From Trichoplax adhaerens (Eukaryota; Animalia; Placozoa), in the NCBI RefSeq assembly GCF_000150275.1, contig NW_002060949.1, positions 3,974,449-4,038,448 of the forward strand: DNA of 64,000 nt, in the 5' to 3' direction. Of this stretch, positions 53,027 through 64,000 are shown one piece after another (positions within the stretch are counted from its first letter, which is position 1; every line of letters begins with the position of its first letter). A program made the position numbers and the translations under genes. A model generated the notes under the pieces. The model did not search any database. It had not been told where the DNA came from and was given only the letters and a program-made list of their open reading frames with translations.

Positions 53027-56000
53027 AGATTGAACTATATGAATTATAGCATTATTTTGGTGAGATTGAACGAATCATAATTCAAAAATAAATAAGTTTT
53101 CTTTAGTAATCTTTTATGTGATGGAAGGTTCGATGAATCGGCTGAAATTGGACTAGTAGGCATGCAGACAATTACGCAAATATCTTAGTAAAGAAATGGA
53201 TACTTTGTTGTTGATTACAATTTGCGTAGAATGTGGTGGTTGCTATAAAGCAGTGGGTAGGCTGCTATCAAGCAACGTGTGAAATACTAGCACTACAACT
53301 ATTGTAACTAACGAATTCGGAAGCAGATATCATTAGTATTTATAGTTTTGAACATAAAATACATGCAGAGTACTATAAATTATTAAACATGATAAGCTAT
53401 ATTTGAGTCTAGTGTGAGTACTGTAGATTATACTGTATCTATATTTAAGATATCAGAATCACCGTACATTCTTAATAAATTACATTTTATAAGTGTAGGA
53501 GCTGAAGATCAATTTTTATTATTTATAACTTGCAGAAACGGATTGTTAGTTCGAAGAGATATGAAAATAAGAAATTCCACAATTATGGTAGAAAGAAATA
53601 GAGTTAATTATGTGCTATAATCTGCTTTAGACAATAATTGAATTCGTTTTTATCGATATTGACAGTCAGTGATCTAGTATTTGCATTGTACCAAGGCTAT
53701 CAGGTGTAATGCATTAGAAAAATATTATTCTCTGAAGGTATTAAAGTGTAGAAATTGAGTTGTTCTATCAGTAAATATATTAGAATATTTTTAAGAAGAA
53801 CGGAAAGATGGTATCTTTTCTTAACAGTTTAGTATAGACACTTTATTTCACATACATATATGACGAAGAAAGATACCAATTGACAATTTATTGCTGATTT
53901 TTATGATGCATCTTCATCAACTGGTTGGTCTAAACATATTACAAATAGAGAAATTGTTGTTTCATTTTTCCTTGTCTATTAATGTTGGTAATTCAAACTA
54001 TAGATGTATACATACAGTGTATAAGTTAAAATACATACGCGATTTATATACAATACCTACAATTGTACGTGGATATGAATAGCTTTCTGACAAAAGAAAT
54101 AAAAAGTTCTGTATGTCTATAACTATTTTGTAATTCAAAATGCTCATTTACTAAGACTAATGGACTGGAATACTGCATTTCCTTTTTATATGATATGTAC
54201 TTATAATCGAGTTATTTAGAACCACCACAGTCTACATTAATGCTGCACACTGTAATAAATACTTTAAAAATCAATTTATAAAATAAGTCGCCTATCCCAT
54301 ATACGATTAGTTATAATATCGGTAGACTTTTATTCATATTTTTGCGAATACTATAGTTCTGATGATATGATTGTATTATATAAAGTATATTTCCTATGCC
54401 ATGCAATAGTTTAGTTCAGTGGTAGACTTCGCAGTATATGATGATTCCTTAGGCTCATTTACAGTGCGATCAATTTTATTTCCAATTACTATGTAATCTG
54501 TTTATAACATAACTCGACAATCATCAAGACGGATTTCATCACTTTTTTGATGTTCCTTATTAGCAATGGTCTTATTATCCAAGATAAGGACTTAAACTGC
54601 AGTTACGCTATTAACTGCACAAGCATTTTTCCCCTTAAGTTGCTTGCCTTTAGAAATACCTGTAATGCAATTAACACATTACTAAGCTGCAGATTACGTA
54701 GACAATTGATAGAACAAATTTATTAGTACTTTCCATAGTAATCATTTCCTCAGGCCATCAGATTTACGATCGCCACTTTGGATCTTAGCTGATATAAAAT
54801 ATTTAGAAACGCATATTTAAGGGGCATTACTGTAATATGAAAAGTATTTTTTAACTGATTTATTTACTTTAAAATTGCTATTGTTCTACTCAATAAAATC
54901 GTCCATATGTAAACATCTCATAATAATACTAAATCACCTGATGTTATGAAGGAATAACTTTTATTAGATTGTATTTATTAACTACAATTTTCGTCATCAT
55001 TGCTTTATTCATTAATTATGCTGCATTTATTGTTAATTTAGAATTATAAGATATGATTAAGCAATTCTTTTTAATAACAATCTAGCATAGTAACATTCTT
55101 AATTAAATGACTAATATTCATTCATACAGTGTCTTATTCATGATGCAATCAATATATTAAAAGTATCAGGATAAATAGTATCCAAACTAATCGTACAGAA
55201 ATCTACACAACAATTACTACAGTAAATATGAAATTAAAGTTATTAATACTTTAATAATTCCTCCAGTAAGTCATAAATAAGTCATTATGCCATAAAACTC
55301 CTTTTAGTTGACATTACCGTCAGACTGTTTCGTAAAACTCTTTTTACAATTGAAGATTAAAAAGCGCATTTTACTTCTCTTTACGGCTAATAAAATAATC
55401 TCGTTATTTTAAAGATAGTTCCGATAGATTATTTTATTAATAGCAGCCGCTATAGGAGTCAACCTACGGTAATTACAATATTTTAAAAGATTCACAGTCA
55501 GTAACAAAATCAAGCTATTTATGTCGTACTTCCGCAGATGTTATACTTGTATTCTCCATCTCTCCCTTTTAAACACTATATTAAACATAAAAACGAAATA
55601 AGTCATTCTTTCGATCTTACTGTGATGGATTTATTGGAAAGATAACAACTCGCAAAGCTGTAATTGCTATACACTTCTTAATTCTAGTTCTAAATCACCT
55701 ATAGCTTAATTCGGAAATACCTTACATCTTTTCTAAAGATGGCAAAATAAAATCAGATCAATCCTAGTACTTATACTTTAATAAACAGTTGCATCATTGA
55801 ATCTATTTGCTAGAGAGTTTTAAATTGTATCCCATTGTAGCAAGTGAAAGATTACTTGGATAGGATGGATTCCAAAGCTTTCAACCATTCTATTTATATT
55901 ATCATTTTGCTATGGGAAAGGTGCCAAGTAAAGGTTTAAAACATCCGATGAGACGGAACTGATAGTAAAACAACAAATTATAACAATAGCAACCTAATGC

Positions 56001-57854
56001 ACGTCGCAGCATTCATAATTCATTGAATATATTGAGAAGAATTTGATAATGACTATTATTCGAGTTTAAACTAACCAAAAATGCTCTCAAAATCTTGGCA
56101 ATAATACTTCAAGATGTCACGTTGATTGACACACTGTAACAGTAAAATCATGCCATACTTTCACTTGCTGTATAAAAGTCAGAATAGAGTCCATTTGCTT
56201 ATGATCAATTCTGATAAAATGTGTTCTTCGGGAAACAAAACTAATTCTAAGAATATTGGTACCTAACAGCCATTGATTAAATGCTATACTGCGGCACCCC
56301 TAAGCTTAACTTTGTTCGAATAATTATAGACGATTGAATTAAATCGCTAGCTCACTAAATGATATCGGTATTTTTAATATGGATTTTTCATCAGCAATTT
56401 TAGCCATACAGTGAAGATGAAATTATATTATATACATATATATATACTGTATACATCGAATATTAATTGTTTACTATATCTATTCCTTTAGCTTACTTCT
56501 AAGACGCTTTATATCATGTAATAAATCGTGAAATCTTGCCGTACAGTAAAGTTAACGCCAAATTGACAATATAGAATTGACTTAAGGGATACTGAAAAAG
56601 GATACTTTTAAGAATAAACACGTATGGTCATAAAAATTTCCAATCACGTAATCGCACTTTTTTATTATAAAGATAGACTTTGTGCAATATTTAACATTTT
56701 GCATCAAAATTTTTGTATCCTTTCCTATTGCACATTTTTACTTATTTAACAAATTTTATTGTATTTCACCATAATTTTACGTTGATAAATATATTTATAC
56801 TTGGCGGTTCATTTTATATAATAGACTGAAATCTTGGTAGCTAAAAATGACTTATATCAACTTGCTATTTCTAATATTATATAGCAAATCTAATTGAATT
56901 TTAAGCATCTATAGATATTACAGTTACTTTCCTTTCCATTATCTTCATACATGGCTATGTTTATCAAGTTGATAATGACTGCCGCAGTCACCCATCAGTT
57001 TCTACTTGATAAATATACATTAAATTTGATTTTAGTAATAATTTTAAATACTACTCTAATTATTCCCATTAATTATGGCCCATTATAATCGAGTTTATAT
57101 GTTAGGCTATATCTTAATTACAGTAGATATCGTAACAATTTAAAATGAAACAACCGTAAGGTAGATTTCATAGCCAATTTTTTACTTTAGACAGGAAGTA
57201 TAATTTAAGCATTAATAGCTGTTTCTTCTCGTTGTAGATTATAATATTATATATAAATACTTCATATACTGCATATGCTCTTGTTACTTATATCTTTATT
57301 GTTGATTTAAATTTTTCGATTAAAGAATAGTGGATGTAAACAGAGGTTAGTTAATTTTCAATTGATGGTGTCCATTTTTTACTGTGTAAATTAAAAGGAG
57401 GCTTTGCTACTCGTTATAATTTCTTATCAACTTAGAATGGTTGTTTCGTTCATTGGAGGCAAATATTTTCAAATAGCTCTAAATTCCATCTATAAAAGAT
57501 AATAATGAAATGGTTACTAAAGATGGAATATCATGAATAATAATATCAAATAGGATGTGCTTGTTAATGATTTACAGGATGTTCCATGATAAATCATAAC
57601 AACTAGTCAAAAAATATTGAGCTCATAAAGCTACAGCTGATAGTGTAAGTATTAATAGTTTGAAAGCCTTTGTCAACTAAAAACATACGAGAAAAATATT
57701 TGAATCATGTAGCTCANAGGATGGAAATATAAGCTCGAAATAGCGTTCAAATATGAGTTACTATAGCACTCAGGACATTCCGAAGAATAGCCCGTAAAAG
57801 CTATGACGCACTAACTTTGAAAATAGTTATCATTACCGTAAATCATCATGCATG

Positions 57855-57904
57855 NNNNNNNNNNNNNNNNNNNNNNNNNNNNNNNNNNNNNNNNNNNNNN
57901 NNNN
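57855..57904. other. Assembly gap (50 N)
   Basis: Run of 50 Ns. A single N also occurs at 57717. Confidence 0.99.
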
Positions 57905-59582
57905 AGCCTACACGCATTAGGCTACCATTAAAAATAAACGTTACTACATTGGATAATACAGCATAATTAGTGGAGAGCAAAGTAATTGCATTTTTGTTTT
58001 GCTGATCACCTTTTAATGATATTAAAATTACTAAATTCATTTTTCACCTATTTAATGTTGAAAGGCGCAATGAAATTAATCTATAGGATATAATCACGTA
58101 CGTGTTTATCGCTATTGCAAGTTAATACATTAATATAGAAAGAATTCATTTAATTTCTAACTCATTTAATGAAGAATATGGGTAACGAGATAAGTTTTAG
58201 GATATAGCTAATTAGTTTTATATTTGCGATCGCTGTTGATGAAATAATATAGAAGCAATCATTGGCAATGATCTAGGCGATCACAAAATAATTTTCTAAG
58301 CTATAAAGAAAATCCACTTTAATTTTAAATGTGTTGAATAAATAAAACGGATAAGGGCGTCAAGGTTTTAAGATGCAATCATGTATTTATTGCTATAGCC
58401 ATCGTTGTTGATGAAACAGTATAGAAAAAGTCAATTAAAAGTAGACGATGAATGCTGATCGAGTGTTCAACAAGCATAACTTATATTCTATCAACATTGT
58501 GCAAGATGAAATTATTTATTCTCTTTCATTGACTAGTTACCCACTTACTGACCGTAATAAATCGAATAATGTCAATTTTGTACTCAAGTACTCCATTCAT
58601 TAGTATATTTGGCTATTAGAATTGAAATAATTTAAGGGTGCTATTAATTCACAAATATATATATGAAAATGATTGTAAATCCTGCAGTGTAACCAAGTTA
58701 ACATGGAAAATATTATGATATTCTGATGCAACCAGATTATTGTTATCGGCAGCTATAAGACGATTGAACGAAAGTACAGTTATGGTAATTTTAATTTATC
58801 TGATCTTATTCAACAGTAATGTATTATCGATTTAATTGGCCTATCCTGTTGTTTCTAAATTGTTTTTCCATAATATTACTTCTTATTTCTTGACAACCGT
58901 AGGAAATTACTTGAAGGTATAAAGGAAGAATAATTTGCAGCCAGCTATTGTTTTTACCCTTAATTCAAATGCAAATTAATGCATCTAATTTAAACTTAGC
59001 CATTACATTAGAGGATTGTTTTGTTTGACGAAAATGAAGAATAAAGAATAATAATAAGTCAAGACATAAACACCAGGATACAAGGCGTATATAAAGTTCT
59101 GATCGTTACACATGCGATAATCATTTCATTCATCGTCAATATCTTGGACACATTGAATCGTTGACCTATACAACATTAACAAGTTAATAGATAATTCTAT
59201 CCTAAATTACTTTACAGCAAGTCAAAGTCGTTTCATAGTGACAATCGAATTGATATCCAGGCGTACAAAGACGTAGTAGCGTCCTATTTCGATAGTTATA
59301 TTCAACGTTAATTCCACTGTATCGCAGTGTACTGTATTAGTAATTGAAGGAGGAGAAAAATTAGGGAAAACAACATCTGCTACTTTGACGGAGAAGAAAA
59401 AAATTTCTTCCGAATATTTTTCGATTTTCAAGTTTTCAATTTTTTCCCATCTAGGAGAAAATACTATCTCGCCAAGGCCATCCTGGTACTTTACATTTAT
59501 CTACTCATCAACTTGACTATTTCAACCAAGGTAATTTATCTATTCTATCACGCTGGATAAAGTTAGTGGAAAATCTGGTAGG

Positions 59583-60542
59583 ATGAAGAAATCAACAGCA
59601 ACAGCAGTTCCATCTCGGCAACATAAAGCCACAATAGTGACTAACACAAAAGATCGCCAACAAAATCAGAAAGAAAATCAAAGCAATGATGGCCAAACCG
59701 ATCCATTCTCGTCCTTGGATAATTTTAAGATTGAGAGTCGAATTGGTAAAGGTCAATTTAGTGTCGTCTATTATGCTAAAAGTTTAACCGATAAAACCAA
59801 ATATGCTGTCAAAAAAGTCGATGTCTCCGATTTAGCAAGTTCTAAAGCACGCCAAGAATGCATGAAAGAAATTGAATTATTAAAAACAGTAGATCATCCC
59901 AATATCATCAAGTACTATGCATCGTTTATGAAAACTGATTTTTTATACATTATATGCGAATTAGCCGATGCTGGTGATTTAGCTAAAATGATTACTACCT
60001 TTCGCAATCGCAAATTATATATTCAGGAGCACACTGTATGGAAATACTTTGTTCAGATTGCTAGTGCAATCGAACATATGCATGATCGCCGTATTATGCA
60101 CCGTGATATTAAGCCCGCTAATATCTTTATGACAACGAGTGGAGCGGTTAAAGTAGGCGATCTTGGTCTAGGCCGATCATTTAGTTTTAAGACAACGGTA
60201 GCCCATACTTTAGTGGGCACGCCGTATTATATGTCACCAGAACGTGTTAAAGAAAATGGTTATAATTTTAAATCAGATATTTGGTCATTGGGTTGTTTAT
60301 TATATGAAATGGCCGCTTTAAGGCCGCCATTTTATGCTGAAAATATCAATTTACTTGTCTTATGTCAACATATCGAAAAGTGTGAGTATCCTCCGCTGAG
60401 GAAAGATCGCTATTCGAGTGATTTACGCGATTTAGTCGATGCTTGCATTCAAAAAGAACCCAATAATAGGTATGATGCTAAAATGGTATTACAAGTAGCC
60501 AAAATTATGAGCAGTAAAGATAAGACCAAATTACGTTCATGA
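59583..60542 (+). CDS. NEK7: NIMA-related kinase of the NEK6/NEK7 subfamily, intronless
   Basis: 319-aa single-exon ORF containing IGKGQFSVVY, KARQECMKEIELLK, KYYASF, ELADAGDL, HRDIKPAN, DLG, AHTLVGTPYYMSPER and ENGYNFKSDIWSLGCLLYEMAAL. NEK6 versus NEK7 cannot be resolved, as the gene likely predates the vertebrate split. Confidence 0.9.
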   Translation: MKKSTATAVPSRQHKATIVTNTKDRQQNQKENQSNDGQTDPFSSLDNFKIESRIGKGQFSVVYYAKSLTDKTKYAVKKVDVSDLASSKARQECMKEIELLKTVDHPNIIKYYASFMKTDFLYIICELADAGDLAKMITTFRNRKLYIQEHTVWKYFVQIASAIEHMHDRRIMHRDIKPANIFMTTSGAVKVGDLGLGRSFSFKTTVAHTLVGTPYYMSPERVKENGYNFKSDIWSLGCLLYEMAALRPPFYAENINLLVLCQHIEKCEYPPLRKDRYSSDLRDLVDACIQKEPNNRYDAKMVLQVAKIMSSKDKTKLRS

Positions 60543-63500
60543 AGTTTTCACCCTTTGTATTTTTTTTGGAACATTAACTTTGCTATATCATGTCAAAACA
60601 TTTAATGTGACCAAAGTATCATGAAGATTGTTAGCAAAGGCCAGCGATTTATCATATCTGCTAGCCACGTCTATTTTACTTTCGTGCTCTGTACCGTAGC
60701 AACAGTAAATATATTAGCAGAATGGTACGGTAAAAAAGGTAATTGATTACTGGAATATCTAAAAATTACTTCGTGGCGCTAGACTACTATTACACCCGTA
60801 TCTTTTCGTCATTACATAATTTAGCATTGCAAACATTGCTAAGCATGACGATGTTCGATATCTGGAAATTTCTTATTGATTGCTTCCTATTCCATTCTTG
60901 TCATCATAACGGCTATTTTGTAAGAACGTCGGCACGTAAGAAAAAGTTTCATTTATACCATGATAACTCTATTACAATAATTTCAACTTGAATTGTTTCT
61001 GCACCATGGATTGTACGAACAGTAAATAATTCCTTCAATTCATGTCGATATTAGTGTTCTCAATTTTAGCATTGCTAAATTATGTTATTCTATCAGCTGG
61101 ATAAGGATAGAGTGAGGGGTATAGTACGGTAAAACACGTTATTGATTTATTTATTTTATTATATTAAATCAAGAAAATCAAAAATAATGTCCATATTCCA
61201 ACTACTTAAAGGTACTTGATAGCTAGAACTAAGTATACTTTAAACCTTCTATTACAAGATATTAAATGGAGCTGATTTTAAAATTGTCGGCGGATATAAA
61301 TATTGTGATGTGTATCGAAGTAATAAACTTAATCTCTGTGGATTATCAGGATCGAGGATGTCCATAAATCAGTCACTTGCTTCATTTGTTTTACTTTGTT
61401 TAATGTTTAATTTTATTTAATAATTGATGGAATATAACGGATTGATTTGTATATCTTAGTCAATTTCTTTTGAAGATAGTTGATAGCAGCGCTAAGCAAT
61501 GTTAATCGATCGTGGTTTATTTTGAAGAATGTTTATCAAATCCAGTTATAAAATCCGTCTTTAGTCATATCATTTCTTGTCTTTTAATATAGATATTGTA
61601 CATACGAGTATATGTTAGCGTATATGACTTATGTCCGACCGCATATCAATCTGTTATCATATAATTTTATGATGTTATATAGCTCAACTATAATAATATG
61701 GTGACTTGGGTCACACTCATCTAAGTGCAATGTATTAATCTATTCTTATATTACTTACTAACATTTTCTATACAAGTATTGAAATATCCTCTGTACTGTA
61801 GATTCTATTACACTTTATTATTTATTTATATTCAGTTGAAAAATAAAGTATTTCGACAAATAATTTAACATTGGAAAATGTGTGAGAAATTGTAGTTTGT
61901 AGACAATTTCATCCATAATTCATTCTTCGTATGCATTATAAAACACAAAATTCTAAACGTCTAAACTAGAAATAATACCGTAACCAAGTCAGTCGAGTCT
62001 ACGTATAAGAAATAAGAACTCATTTGTCTAATCTACCTAACTCACAAATTGAATATCCTCTCTAATAGAAGTTAAAATTTTTGTTACTATAGAATAGCCA
62101 TAAATGAATTGAGCGTCAAGACTTTGAGCTAAAAGGAATCGTTCTCATTCAAAATTGATTTTCTTCTCTTCTACGTAAATCAGTTAGAACGTTCAACTTC
62201 GGTATAAAACTAACTTAATTAAGAACAGAAGATACAAGGACTAAGTGCATCAATGCAACCAATGCATGGGTTCATTTACTTTTGGAAAACAATCAATCAA
62301 GTCATGATAGTGGCAATCGAATTTCTTTAATTACAAGTTATTAAAAGGTTATTGACGTAACTTCTGGCAGTTTAATTACTATCTAATGAAGTCATTTATT
62401 ACCTGTAGTTTGGCTAATGAAAACAAAAAATAAATACAGAAGACGATGTATAGAAAGATCAGTTATGCAGTAGGATAATTTTAGTACGACTAAGTTATCT
62501 AGTAACTTTCTATTTTTAGATTGTATCCAAATTAATCTTTTTCACCTTTACTACAGTATAAATAGAATTAACCGAGATTAGAGACGGTAAAAATAGCCGA
62601 CCGGCTTTTCAAGACTGCACAGTGCATACATATACAACAGAGCGATTCCTTTCTCTGATGTAATTGAAACTTGATTTGCAGGTTCCGTTTCTCAGTCACC
62701 GTGAAAATTTTCCAGACTTTTAGGCACATTTCCGTTCATATGTTTATTATTTAATAATGATTTCAATTTAATTCCTATGATGAATAAAAAAGTGTATCAT
62801 CTATCTGATTCAGTTGATTGGTGTTTCAGAAATAAATCATTTCTTCCTTTAATTTATATAGCCTGTCATGTTCATTAACTGCCAATCATTATTAAGCAAA
62901 TGATATTGATTTGCAATAGTTTTGCTGTTGGATTTCCTTTAAAAGGCTATCCAATAATAGTCAATGATATAAACGTGATTGTAAAAATAGTGTTATTAAC
63001 CGTGATGGAAATATTATTGGATACTACTCTAGTTTGCCATCCACATTTGCACTGGAATTTGAATCCTTATTAATCATCAATACTAGGTTGAAAATACATT
63101 GGCTTTCAGTTATTTGAAAAAAAAAAAGACCGCAACTGTCAACCACTTTGTTATTTTATATCCTTATTTTATGCCAAGGGTTATTCAGTACAGGGAAAGG
63201 CTTGATTTGAATTCAAAAGTTGGTCTATTAATCTTCCATTTTGTTGGATTCTAAATTAGAACCTACGCTACTCTATTTTAACAACATCGTTTCTTGTTGA
63301 TACGCATCGTTCATGATTATCAGAGAGTACAAGCATTGGGGGGGGGGGAAAGAAGAAAGGATTGAAAATGGTTTTGAATGAAAATAGAATAATAAATTAT
63401 TAATGTATCATTGTCCTATTGCTGTATTCAATTCGCTCTTCGTAATCAATATATAATAATAATAAGGTATTTAGTTGGTATAGGCCTATGGGGTAGACCA

Positions 63501-64000
63501 TCTGATCGAAATTATATTGATTCGAAAGATTCTTTCAAGTCAGAGCAAATACGTTTGCCATCTTATCATGATGACTCCATAACATGTACCTGGCTTTGCT
63601 AGTCATCATTGAAAGCATGACTATTCACATTTTTATCCTATTTAACTCTTATTGACAACATTTATGAGGATATGCGAGTCGTATTTTATTTGACTTATTT
63701 ACTTGCAAGCTCAATAAGAAGGTTACTTTACGGGATGCTTTTATTCTTTCCCTTTCTCTCCTCCCCTCCCCCTATTTCTATTTCTAAATCAAATTTATTT
63801 ACATTGAGTCATTCTAGCCTTAGATAGGATGAACAAGGTGACGGTTATTCTTACTTTTTCAATCTCTTTTTTTATTTTTTGTCAATGAAATTATAAAACA
63901 ATATCCATTCGTATTATTTGAAAAAGCATATGTGTATTAAGGCTACAGTGTTGCTCATTATTGTGGGTAACTGGATTACAGACGATTGCCATGGATGCCT

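Noticed and set aside
60743-63602. Short ORFs downstream of the NEK gene, and similar 60-110 aa ORFs in SGK3 intron 1
   Set aside because: AT-rich noise composition, mostly non-ATG starts, and no recognisable motifs or consistent splice chain.
63985-63998. X-box-like ATTGCCATGGATGC at the window edge, and GTTGGCATGGCTAT near 5498
   Set aside because: Both have two or more mismatches to the consensus, and the edge motif has no assignable gene within the window.

Overview
AT-rich, intron-rich eukaryotic DNA with short GT-AG introns. Gene content and architecture suggest an early-branching animal, most likely the placozoan Trichoplax (inference, not verified). Reading splice sites by hand gives six multi-exon genes: Elongin C (93-1059 +), MAPK15/ERK7-8 (19318-25463 -, 17 exons, one GC-AG intron), STPG1/MAPO2 (27269-30922 -), BSDC1 (31551-34735 +), TMEM214 (35536-40190 -) and a PX-domain SGK3 kinase (43665-53026 +). 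Two genes are intronless: a CCDC190-like protein (3493-4692 -) and a NEK6/7 kinase (59583-60542 +, probable retrogene). RFX X-boxes lie upstream of the ciliary genes MAPK15 and STPG1. Beside the MAPK15 X-box is a candidate unannotated spliced micro-ORF. The gene-poor stretch at about 5-19 kb holds a heavily decayed Gypsy-type LTR retrotransposon (about 12.0-18.2 kb) and weaker pseudogene relics. Other structure includes TACAGTAC palindromic arrays at divergent promoters, tandem copies of the TMEM214 exon-2 acceptor, a recent 148-bp duplication and a 50-N assembly gap. No rRNA, tRNA or CRISPR was seen. Most short ORFs in the supplied track are intron read-throughs or noise. All homology calls come from recalled family motifs; no searches were run.
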